DNA from: Amphiscolops sp. MND2022
Taxonomy: Eukaryota
Length of the DNA: 64,000 bases
NCBI GenBank assembly: GCA_964187785.1
Contig: OZ076409.1
Location: 36,148,001-36,212,000, forward strand
Direction of reading: 5' to 3'
Below are positions 1 to 12,000 of this stretch, piece by piece (position 1 is the first letter of the stretch; every line of letters begins with the position of its first letter). A program made the position numbers and the translations under genes. Below the pieces are notes generated by a model. The model was given only the letters and a program-made list of their open reading frames with translations, was not told the DNA's origin and did no database searches.

Positions 1-277
1 AAAGCAAGCAGAGACACGACGCGTGCAAAGTTCGGAGCCAGTGCGGCGAAGCCGCACGCCAGCGGAGAACTTCGCGCAAAAAACTTTGCACGCAAGGGGC
101 CCGCGCTAGCGGGCCCCAAGCCCAGCAGTTTAAAAATTGATTTGAAAGCCCCAATGCTCCTCTTTCGAACGCTGTATAAATCGTTTGTCGGACTTGTATA
201 GTTCAGGAGATATTGCGGTTTAAAGTTGAAGCACCCGATTTTTGGATGGAACCAGATTTTTCCTGGCCAACTCAAGG
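1..277 (-). mobile_element. piggyBac-like non-autonomous repeat, partial copy
   Basis: Diverged reverse-complement match to 12932-13230; ends ..AGG followed by TTAA (278-281). Confidence 0.6.
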
Positions 278-299
278 TTAATCAAGGTTTTTGGTCGGC

Positions 300-760
300 G
301 TTTTCTTACAGGGGGGTCTAGTTTTTTCGTCAGTTCAACGCGATCGGTCCACTTTCTGTACATTGTGCACTTTTACAATTAAGTACTTGATTTTGAACGC
401 ATCCAAAGGCTCTAACATGTAATACAAAACAATTCCAAAGCAAAAGGGCCCTCTCCACTTTTTCGGATTGCGTTTTACTAAGAAGGATGTTTACGAACAA
501 AAAAAGCGCTCGCATTTGTCTCAGCACGCTATATACGAACTTCTGAAGCGTTTTCGGAGCACGAAAAGCACCTTTTGGGTGTTTCGAAACTTTTGAGTTT
601 TTCATAAACGTCCTGAGCCTATTTTTAAAACTTTGCGCTTTTTGAGCCTTAGGTATTGCGCCGACTTGAGACGTTCCCGTTTTGTTTTAGTATAAAGAAA
701 GAATGATAGTTTGATAGAATGATAGATATAGCGCCGACTGTAGACGTTCCCGTCTTGTTT
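300..760 (+). mobile_element. HINE family A 3' fragments (two 3' ends)
   Basis: GCGCCGACT followed by AGACG-TTCC-CGT(C/T)T hairpin and TGTTT, at about 657-687 and 731-760. Confidence 0.75.
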
Positions 761-774
761 GCTGTAATTTCAGG

Positions 775-935
775 ATTATACCACTGGTTTTTCGGTAATT
801 TTAGATCTTATTCTGGTGTTTTTCCGGTTATTTTATTTCCTATTCCGGTGTTCTTTGGGTGACTTTAGATCTTATTCCAGTGGTTTTTCGGTAATTTTAG
901 ATAATATTCTAGTGGTTCTTCGGTAATTTTAGATG
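775..935. repeat. Degenerate ~33-bp tandem repeat
   Basis: Recurrent ttttcggtaattttagat / ttattc(c/t)agtgg units. Confidence 0.6.
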
Positions 936-1343
936 TAAATGTATGATCAATTCGGCGACTGCTATTCGTCATCAAGAAGGTGGTTTCCCAAATGCAGGAG
1001 CGAAGCGAAGCGGAGCGACGTGCCATATGGCCATGCCTCAATGTTGCTACTTGGCGAAGGGAGCGAAGATGCGATTTGGCTCGAATTTGAACGATCACAA
1101 GATGATAAAAGAGAAAAACGCAAACTGTCCCTGGGAAAATCGGTAGTTGTGGAGAGAATGAAAGATCATTGGCATTTTGTCTCAGACTTTTGCAGTGATT
1201 TTCAGTTTAGAGTTTTACATTTTAGATATGTTTTAGATTTTTGTGTTTATGAATTCAAATTGAGATTTCGAGTTTTCGACATGTTTTTGACAAGCAATTT
1301 TTATGTTTAAAACGTTGAATTTTTACAGAATCGTTTTTTCCCG

Positions 1344-1546
1344 AACCCTGAGGGTAACCAACCTTTGGGGACCTTTCATCGACGGCCCTCCAATGGCCCA
1401 CCAATGGTCCATCGGTGGCCCACCGATTCCCACCTATAGCCCATCGGTGGCCACCATTACCCACCGGTGGGCCACCGCAAAAACTGTTACGGCCACCGAT
1501 GGAACTGCGGTGGAAGATCGGTGGCCACCGATGGATTTCCCTGGGT
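1344..1546. repeat. GC-rich palindromic repeat cluster (CATCGGTGGCC / GGCCACCGATG)
   Basis: Motif repeated in both orientations; perfect 16-bp palindrome at 1517-1532; loose CCC..GGG ends. Confidence 0.65.
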
Positions 1547-1578
1547 TGTCAACTCGGGCAAGGACCAACACGAAGATA

Positions 1579-2298
1579 CAGTAGCGTTCTAAAATATCGC
1601 AACCTCATTGCCTAAAATGCCAAACTCAAAATCAAATATCTCGTAAACTGTCACGAATACAGAAATTTGCCAGCCACAAAAGCTTCCTAAAACTTTATCA
1701 AGTTTACAAAAATGTTTGTTTGAAATTTCTACGACCCATACTGAAAAAGTTAGAAAATGCAAATTTTAGAAAATTTTAATTGAAATTAGTGTTTTTCCGA
1801 AAATTGAGTATCTTGGAATTGAAATTTTTGTATTTTTTCCATTCGAATGCTCTTTATGATCTCCAGAACATACTGAATTGTTTTGATCGAGAATTTGTTT
1901 CGAACCAAAGAAAATGCGCTCTATTTTGTGTCTTTGAGCACTGCAGTAAATGTATTAAGATAGGCTTTAAGAATTGTAGTTCGAAAATTGATTTGAAATA
2001 GAAAAAGTTTATCAATCAAATCATATCAGTATCCTCAGGAGATTTGGGGGCAAACAATTGACTGAATTTTTTTTAAAAGTATTTTCAACTTTGTTAAAAT
2101 TAAGAAAACGAGCAAATTTGTAGCTTTTGTCATTTTTGACGCAGAAAACAACTTGAATATTTGAAATATTTTTGAAAACTACAAAAAATTCGAAGAAACT
2201 CTAATAGCTGACAATATTTCGTATTTGTGACGAGTTTTCAAGATATTTTGATTTGAAATTTTAAGCAATGGAAGTAGCAATATTTTAGATCGCTACTG
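1579..2298. mobile_element. Tc1/mariner-type MITE
   Basis: TA|CAGTAGCG..CGCTACTG|TA with ~90-bp imperfect TIRs and no ORF; a related end starts near 31710. Confidence 0.85.
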
Positions 2299-2911
2299 TA
2301 GATATAAACCCAAATACAATGTTTCTAAAGTACACAAAAATCAAAAACTTGCATTGCTAACATAACATAACAGATAGGTGTTATAAACTAAATTTGGCTA
2401 CATTTGTCATAGAAGTCCCAAAAAGAAATTTCTCTAGATAATCAATAGTTTGAGATATTAGCAGAAAAATGAAGTTCCAAACATTCATATCAATTAGGGG
2501 TTCCATTCTTTTATCACAAGTCTATTTCAGATACAACTGATAGTCTTCCAATGGGTCAATAGGCCAGCTGAGTCGTCGCCCAATCAAGCTGTACTCGCTG
2601 CCATTACACACCAAGGCCGTGTGCGCTGGTAACTCCACGCTATTAGAGAATTCATGCCATAGTGAGACAGTAGTAATACAGTTGAATAATCATATAATAG
2701 AATTTCTTTTTGAATTACATTGAATATGGAAGTTTTTATTCAAAGGATCCTATATAATGTAATTCATAGGATCCTATTTACTGGCCACCACTGCTTTGAG
2801 AAACCGAAGAAGTCCAATTTTGAACACTGGTTAAAAATTGAAGAACTATGTAGCATGCACATTATAAATTATCAAAAAAGGTAATTCTCTAGTAGCAAAA
2901 GAACAAGATAC

Positions 2912-3035
2912 CTTCAACTTCAGCATAGTCAGACAATTTAGTGTAATTCACAAGAGCCGCTCCTTCCAGACATTTCTTGACCACCTTGCAAACTTCTTCA
3001 GGAGGCGCTGGAGTCACTACATCTTTCATGAGCAC
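2912..3035 (-). CDS. CADPS: CADPS coding exon 17 ([41 protein letters not shown])
   Basis: 124 nt, phase 0-1; not in the ORF track. Confidence 0.95.
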
Positions 3036-6000
3036 CTAAAACGATAGACAGGAATGAGAGTCTAAAATGGAAAAAGCGATGATCTGAAAGTGATGTTTGC
3101 AGTAAAGTTAAAAAGCAAAGATGTCGGCCAGCATTGCAAGAGTCGACATTGATTGGTTATAACATCAAACCACGTGAGCCAACACTTTAATGATTGGTCG
3201 ACACCAGAGACGACCCGATAATCATTGATTGAAGATTTTAATATAGCTTTTACTACAGTCCTGTGATAAAAATAATGGTACCCCTGTTCTATATTCTTGA
3301 TTGAATAAGAAAACAAATAAGTTTATTTAAAAGTATCTTTTCAGAACATAAATACTGTCAGTGAAACGATCTATTCTCTAGCTACGAAAAGTATCTAACT
3401 GATGCAATTTCGATATAAGGCAAAGTAACATATGTTGTTTACCAATATGTAAGCATATGTATAAATAAATGTCTATGATGAGAATGATCTAAAGTTTTGT
3501 GATTGACAGTGTCAACCGAAAGGATCGGTTCGGTATGTGTACCGTATAACATTTCCTCCCTTCTAAGTTCCTTTCGGTTACTGTTTCGAGGTTCCCGGTG
3601 TTGGGGTGTTTTCTCGAATGAAGTCGGCTGGCTTCGTCAGTGGTTTCGGCGGCTCCTTTCGACTGTTCCATCTCTCGGTGATACCTGTAACAATTTTAAT
3701 TCTTCAACATCATATCCAAAAGTTTTTTGTGTATGTAACCCCCCGTATCTGTTCGGTTGTCTACTTTCACGGTTGGACCGTCTTATTTTTTCATTTTCGG
3801 TAATTTTATTATTTATTTGGTTCTCACCCGGATTTATCTCACCGTCCGTATGAAGATTCAATTCATCTTCTGGTGATGTTGTTACGGGTTTGTATTTTCC
3901 ATTCCTCTCTGAGGTGTCGTGGTTTTCGAAATCGCTTTCTTCCTCCTCGATTTCACCCTCCTCACTCTCAGGGTCGGATTCGGCCCGTTGATTTTGTACA
4001 ATTTTCAGCTTTCCGTTTAATACATCCCTGAGGATTTCGTTCCACTGGGTGTATTTTCCATCGACCCCCCTCAGGCAATGTCGGTTTTTTGGGTTGATGT
4101 TGTCTCCGATCTTCGGTGTTGCCTTCTTGTCTTTCTGAAATATAATCGGTTCCGAAATAAATTTTCGGTGGATTATTTTTCCGGTATCAGTGGTTACGGT
4201 GTGTTCCGTACCACTTATTGCCGTTTGTAATTTTCTTTGAAATCTGCCTTCAAGTAATTTCTTATTATGGTTTTTTTCGAAGAATTGAAAAGGCTATTTA
4301 CCAACCGGATTTTTCTTCTTTGGTGATTTTTCGGTCATAGCTTTTTCTTCCGTTTTTGTTCGGGCCATGATCAGGTGGTTTGATACCTCTCCCTCACCAT
4401 TTCTGGTTACGTAGATCGGTATTTTCGGTCGATTGTTAGCTGAAACAGTTAGTTCCGACCATTTAGAAAAGAAAGTTTTTCCGTCTTTTATTATATTTGT
4501 TAGTTCGGTTCGTGGTTTCCGGCTGTGATGTAATTCAAACGGTGTTATTTTTAATCCCGTATGTATTGTAAATCGCATTACGTTTAATGCTTTATTTACA
4601 CATTCGGTTAGGCATGTTTTATCCTCTAGGTTCGCGATTATGAGGTTTTTCAATGTTTGTATCGCGCGTTCTACTGCTCCCGTGCCGGTATGCATTCTCG
4701 GTGTGCTATATTCGATTTCGATGTTTTTCGATTTACAAAATTCTTTGTATTCTTTTGAAACGAACGCTCCACCTTTGTCCGTTTTTATTTTCTCTGGTAG
4801 TCCGTACAGATTAAAATTTTGTTTCAGAAAGTTTATTACCTCTTTAGTTTCCGAGGATTTGCAAATTTTTGCCGTTGGCCATTAGCTGAATCTATCTATT
4901 GCAATTAGGATTTGATGGTCGCCGTTCAAATTTTTATTGTTCAGTTTTCCCGAAAAATCAATTTGGATTTCTTGTCCCGGTTCGGTTAGTGTTTTTAGTT
5001 TCCCAAAATTTTGTTTCGGTAGTTGGTATTTTAAGTTCTTACCCGATGACATGCAGGCCACACAGTTTTTTGTTTTATCTTCTATTTCCTTTTGCATGTT
5101 TGGCCACCAGAAGATTTTGGCCTCGGCTGACATTTTGGTAGTTCCGGCATGTCCGAAATGCAGCGTGTCTAGCAGTTTCTTTCTCAATTCAGCGGGTACA
5201 ACAATTCGGTCGTCGTTGAATGTCAGTCCCCATTTATTGTTTAGTTTCTCAAAGTTTGCTCGGTAGTGTTCTGGAGCCGTATTCTTTTCGCCTCGCCTCA
5301 TTGCATCCCGTACTCGGTTGATTTCGGCGTCCGATGATGATTTTGCGATCAGCGTCTTCAGATCGAGCATGAAGTTGAATTCAGCTTTTTTAATTGTTTC
5401 TTCGGTGTTCTTTTGATTTCCGGTTGTTTTTTCGATGATTTGGTTGATTTGAATGAATTGGGCCTCTTTCCCCTCGGTATTGTATGCTTTTAGGTCTACG
5501 ATGGGAAAGTTATCGCCCCGGATTACTTGGCTTTCGCCCTCACTTTCTTGTTCGGTTTCTTCGGCCATCTCCGGTTGTGGTGTCTCTTGGGTTTCTTCCA
5601 TTCTTTCCTCTAATGGTTGGTAACCCCCACCGAATCTGTTTGCTCTTGTCAGCAATTCGCCGTCTATCTCAGCTATTTCTTGGCGACTTCTTTTGTTCGG
5701 TCTCGAGGGGACCCAGATCTGCCTTTGCGCGTTCATGTCGAATTTCCGGCGCATTGTTCCCGGTCGGGAAATTTCCAATCGTCTTTCTACGAGTCTGAGG
5801 GTTTCTGGGCTCTTTCTGCTTCTTCGGATTATCTCCATGATTTCGGCCGTCGCGCCCCAATGGAAGTAATCTCTGTCCATTTCGTTCTTAAACAAAGGTA
5901 AATTGTTTAACAAGTTTGAATTTTGATTTGATTTGGAATTTAGATATCGGATTGAACTTTCCGTTTTAGCTTTTCGTTGGCGTTTATTTGGTGCGCTGTT

Positions 6001-9000
6001 CGTTTGTTTGTTCATTTTGTTCACGTCTCGGTTATTCTCGAATATTCTATTTTGATGTGATTGGTTGCTAGAATGCTCTTCGGTTGTTTTATTTCTTTCC
6101 GGTGCGGCTTGTGATTGGTCGGCGAACAGCGTTCCGTATTTTACGTTTAATTCGGCGTGTTCGAAAAGAATATTGATTACGTATTGCTCGTCGTATACGT
6201 CTTCGTTTGATGCGCTTTCTACCGGATTTCTACTTAGAAAGTCGGTAAATTTCAGATTACTTCCTGCAATGTGTTCAATGGCAATATCAAAGTGCGCAAG
6301 CCGATCTAACCATCTTGTTAGTATTGCGCTGTATTGTCTATTGCATCGGTTTCTTTTAATCAAAGGTTCAAGTGCTTGGTGGTCTGTGTATAAAAAGACT
6401 TTCTTTCCGTATAAATAAAATCGGCCCGTTCCGGGAACTTTTCTAGTCCCCAAACAACTGCGAGTAATTCTAATTCTCCGATTGAGTAGTTTTTTTCGCT
6501 ATCGTTAAGGTATCTGCTACCGAATGCTATCGGTTTTATTTCTCCGTCCGATTGTTTTTGCCATAAGGTTATGCCAAGTCCGGTTTTACTTGCATCGGTT
6601 GTAACTATATTTTCTCGGTCTTTTGCATAATGTGCCAGGCAAGGTTCTTCGGTTAACATTTCTTTTATGCTGTTGAAATCTTCATCTTGTTGTTTTCCCC
6701 AGTTCCATACCGAATCTTTTTTTAGGAGTTTTCGGAGTCTGTCAGTTTTTTCCGATAGTCTCGGTAAGAACTTTGCAAGGTATTGTATTGCGCCGAGGAA
6801 TGATTTTAGTTGCTTTTCAATTTCCGGGTGTTTCAATTCTAAAATTGCTTTTACTTTTTCTTTGTTCGGTTTTATTCCCGTTTCATCAATTTCGTGTCCC
6901 AGCCATTTTGTGCTTTTTAGAAAGAATTCGGATTTCCGTTCGCTTGCTCGGTAACCCGCGTCTTCCAATTTCTTTAATACATCGAATAATTTCTTCTCGT
7001 GTTCTTTCCGATCGCCTCGGGTCACCACTATTATGTCATCTAGCCATGCCGGTGTGCAGTATTCTAAAGTTCGATCAATTTTCTCTTGGAAGATTGTCGG
7101 TATATCTGCGAGACCGTAAAATCCCTTCTTGAATCGGTAGTATCCGCTAAACTTCCCTCCGGTTATTGCGAATACACATTGGCGGCTTGTTTCTTTTGAT
7201 AATTTCATTTGGCCGTATGCGTAATCAAGATCGATTTTTGACATCATCAATTCTTTTGTTCGGTCTCTAGTGATCTCTACCGAAATTTGATTTAGCAGTT
7301 CTTCCATGTTCGGCATGTGTGGTCGAATCTTTATACAGCTGTCATTTAATTTTCTCGAGTCCAGTGCAATTTTTACTGATTTGTCGTTCTTTACCGTAAT
7401 TACTACCGGTGAAACAAAACAATCTTCGTCCACGTGTTTTACTTTCTCCAGATGTCCGGTTTTTAATAATCTTTCCAATTCTTTCCCGACATCTTCTTGT
7501 AGGTGTAGTGGGATTGGTCTCGCTTTCTGTTTCACCGGATAGTGTCCCGGTTTTAGTTGAATATTTATCTCGGTATCTTTTATTGTAGTGTTGTTTTTGA
7601 ATAAAACTGGAAATTTCTCGATTACTCTTTTCCTTTCTGATTGATTGTTTTCTTCTGTTCGGATATTACCGATTGTTAATTTGAACTTTTTCATCCAGTC
7701 CATTCCGAGTAGTGGTGTAATGTCGTTTCGTTCCGTTATCAGTATTTGCATTTTTTGTTTGTTGTTTTCGTATTCGACATCCGCCGGTATTTTCCCCCGA
7801 AATTTTACTTCATTTCTGTTCACATCTTGATACCGGTGTTTGACTTTCTGTATTTCGGTTTGTTTCATTATGTTTTCGTCTGCGGGCATTATTGAAATCG
7901 GTGATCCGGTATCCACTATAAATTCTTTTTCAATTCCGTTCACTTTCACTGTTGTTGTAAGATATTTATTTCTGTCGGTAATTCTGTTAATTCTTTCAAT
8001 TCTGTTTATGCTCGTTTCTGATTCGTCGGATTCTCCTCCAATTATCTCGGACTCGTCTTCGGTCACATTACGTACCTTGCGTTTGTAGTTCTCTCTTTGT
8101 TTGCATACGCGTGCGAAATGTCCTTTCTTTCCGCAGTTATTGCAGAGTTTTCCTAATGCCGGACATTTTTGAGTTGGATTCCAGTTCGGTGCGTTGCAAA
8201 ATCTGCAAGGTTTTTCGTTTATAAATTTGTTTTTCGGTCTTGTGTCCGATCTTTCCATTCTTTGTATTGGTTCTTCTTTTATTTCTTTTTCTCGGTTTGA
8301 TATCAAAGCTTCCGGTATGGTGTTTTTCCGATTTTCTTTCGTACGTGTTTTGTTTGATCATTTCGATTGTTTTCTTCAGTTCAAGTTTCTTCTCTTTCAT
8401 TAATTTGTCTCGGAGTTTCGTGTCCATAATTGCGGTCATAAATTTTGAAATGAGTAAATCTTCGGCTGTTATTCCTTCGAATGCACATTCTTTCTTTATC
8501 TCTATTAATCTCCGCCAGAAATCCTCCGGTGTTTCGGATTCAGTCTGTTTTGTCCAGAAGAATTCTCCGCGGTTATGGTATGTGTTTCGTTTTGGTAAGA
8601 AATATTCGTTAAACAGTCGGATTAGATCTTTTACCGCTATTCTGTCTGGTTCGGTTTTGTACTCCGCTCGTGTCATTTGGTATAGAGCTTCGGGGCCGAT
8701 TCCCCATATGAAGTCTTCTTGGATTTCGGCTTCTTTTCCGGTCCAACCGGTTTGTTTCATCTCGGCTCCCCGTATCAATTCGGTGATGTCCATTTTGTGT
8801 TTCCTTTTCGCATATTGCCGAAATCTTTCGAGCCATTGTTTCGGTGTGAATATCTTCTTTCCGTCTGATGTGGCTTCGAAATTTGGTACTTCAATTTTAC
8901 TTTCTTCTGTCATTTTCTTTGTTTTGTTGAAATATTCTTGGTAATTTCAATTTGCTGACTGCGCCATGTTCTATATTCTTGGTTGAATAAGAAAACAAAT

Positions 9001-12000
9001 AAGTTTATTTAAAAGTATCTTTTCAGAACATAAATACTGTCAGTGAAACGATCTATTCTCTAGCTACGAAAAGTATCTAACTGATGCAATTTCGATATAA
9101 GGCAAAGTAACATATGTTGTTTACCAATATGTAAGCATATGTATAAATAAATGTCTATGATGAGAATGATCTAAAGTTTTGTGATTGACAGTGTCAACCG
9201 AAAGGATCGGTTCGGTATGTGTACCGTATAACAACCCCTAATTGATATTAATGTTTGGAACACTCCATTTCCTGCCGATATCTTTGAAACGATTGATGAT
9301 CATGTGACGTTCTCTGATAAAAATTGCTTGAAATTTAATCTAGTTTACATTCGTGCTTGTTTGAAACTTCCATGACAGATATTGCCGAAAGTAGCTTCTG
9401 ATATATTCCGATTCATTGCTGTCCACTGATTGCTCTGTCAGGCGTTGAGGCCCTTGGTGTTTATACGTCCGAAGAAAATTGACATGTTCCAATGAGAAAT
9501 TTCCGGTAAATGTATTAAGATTGGGTGTAGATTTAAGACTACGGATTTGTGATAATCTTTTTACATGTACACTACTTTAGGTACCTCGAAATTTTCCAGT
9601 GTAATAAGTCAACTATTTGCAATATTTTACAGGTTAAAATTATTATCTGCAAACCTGCGTCATACTAATGTTAAGGCTTCCAAAATTTGAAGAATGTAAA
9701 TTAGACAAAAATCCCAGAAACTTACTTTTGTTTATCATATTTTGGAAAATTTGACTTTTTTTGAGAAAGTCGCCAAATTATTGGGCGTTCCAAACGTAAT
9801 TACCAAACAGGGGTTTCATTCTTCTATCACTGGACTGTATAAACAATAAATGAATTCTATCATAGCTTTAAATTTTGATAATACGGTAGTATGATCATAG
9901 TTTCCGAATGAAATCATTGTCATTTCTCGGAAAACTGAATTGAAAACATTTTGTTCATAATGATTGAATATGAATTAGTTGGAATAACAATCAACAATAA
10001 GTAGTTTTAAGATTTTGAGGCAAAATTCTCATTCCTCGGCTCATTGAGAAGTATCCATGCCAAGTTGCAAAATTTGATATGTATTGTTCATATTATAAAT
10101 ACGTTCAATAATCACAGCATTAAAAGTTCTATCAGAGAATTTCTACAAGTGTATATATTATAACCATTATAGTATGTAGTTATGGTATGATTATACTAGC
10201 TGTCACTGTGGTTTTTCTAGAATAGATTATTATAGAATTTAACACTACGGTCATCTCTGGTCGACACAAAAAGATTATACGACGACCCATTTTTGGGTGA
10301 AACGATAAGTTGTCTAAAAAAGTCAATTCATCAAACCAACGGTGAGCCAACATTCTAATATGACGCACTGAAGTATTAGTGACAAATCTTAGTAGACAAA
10401 CAAATTTAGATGTGTTGCAAAACGCCACAATTTTCAGTGCTTTCAAATGGTACAATCGTTAGTGCTCTAAAATGTGAACAAAGTTCCAAAAGCTCTCCGT
10501 GAAACCGGATCGGTTAAAATCACAAGCAACTGACTCGGTCAAAAAGCCAAACAAACTTAGTGTTACAACATTAATAATAGTACCAGGTCGCATTATACAG
10601 GTTCAAATAAAATTACATCTTGAAGGTCAATAAAATATTCAGAAATAGGAATCAAAAGAAATTTTTGGGGAAACAAAAGTAATACAAGTAAAATGGCGCT
10701 TGTAAAAGCAAGTCTTGATCAGTTGTTACTTGATTATCTGAACTTTATTTCTGAGTCAGGAGAAATTATAACTTTCCAAGCTTTTGCGACATCGATATGA
10801 AATGCTGTTATTTTGATAGCCCCAAAATAATCATGTAAAATCTTTCAGTTACGAAACTATGAGTAGGTCAAATTCCCAGTTCATTTCATTTATGAACTGC
10901 ATTGCTAAGTAGCTAGAGGTTACTCTTGAATTTATATCATGTTAGTTGATTTATATCGAGTTAGTGTTATTTTTAGGGCGAGGGTCTGTGACTAAGAAGG
11001 GAGGACTTAAAAACGTTCGAAAAACTAGAGAATTTCGAGGTTTGACTTTGTAGTATTTCTCGCAGTTCCAAATTCAAATTACTTGAAAACCTCCCTAAAA
11101 CTCAAACCTGTGGACTATTCCAAAATATCAAAAAGGGGAAAAGTTCCGCGTAAATTTGTCTACAAAGCAATTTCGCACCATTTTGAAAACAGTGTCAAAG
11201 AGTAATTACAATGTATACATGTTGGTCCTAATGTCTGTTTGAATTGCAGTCTGATACATTGAAATCCTGTCAATTTAGCTGCTATGTGAATTTAATGTGA
11301 GAAGTCACAGAAGTTTGCATTTTAAAAGTATGTAAGTAATGAACTGTTTTTCAATCAACTCCAGCAAACTCTGATATTCATGGAAAATTTTTTAGTTAAA
11401 AGCTACAACTAACTCAAAATTTCAAACTCAACTAATTCAAACAAACCACTTGAGCGATCTGTTATTTTCGACTCTTAAAGGTCACACATTAGGTATGAAA
11501 AGTCTGAACTAGCTGTACTCCGAGCTATAGATTCACTAGCACGAACAAAAACGCTTTAGATTCAAAACATTTTAGATTTAAAAACCTGTAAATATAGTTC
11601 ATAAATAACTACAAATCATCAGGGTTATGACAGCGAAATGAATTGCGTCGTCAGGGAATGATTTTTCTTTTACATTCTGAAATGAACCATGTTCTCACGT
11701 GCTAACAAATTTTCAAATTTGGTGGAAGTTTCACTTCACCATATGATCAATATTGACTCGCCACACAATCAAACGCACCAATCCAATTTCTGTTCTCCTT
11801 AGTTAATTTCTGTCCTAACCCTGGAAATCTTGGTTTTGAGTCACTTAGATTTCATATCCCTGCATTTTGAAATTTGAAAACATACAGTATGCAACCGGAA
11901 TTTACGTTTTAAAAATTGACATCTTATAACCAAAGCCAATTTTTGAACAAAAGATTGATTGAAGCAGTTTCCAAATGGCATTTTCCCAAACTAAATCATT

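Larger units (their letters stand above)
3285..9233 (-). mobile_element. Full-length Ty3/Gypsy LTR retrotransposon, probably Mag-like, coding region disabled
   Basis: Two 267-bp TG..CA LTRs, 5-bp TSD ACCCC (3280-3284, 9234-9238), PBS, PPT, domain order gag-PR-RT-RH-IN. Confidence 0.97.

Noticed and set aside
3637..4293. env gene or chromodomain after integrase
   Set aside because: Reads as a hydrophilic integrase C-terminal tail; no signal peptide, TM segment or chromodomain pattern seen.
8137..8340. Programmed gag-pol ribosomal frameshift
   Set aside because: The shift falls upstream of the zinc knuckles in a short A-run, so mutation or sequencing error is more likely.
8240..8944. 234-aa plus-strand ORF and other antisense ORFs over the retrotransposon
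   Set aside because: Antisense shadows of gag-pol with no recognisable motif.
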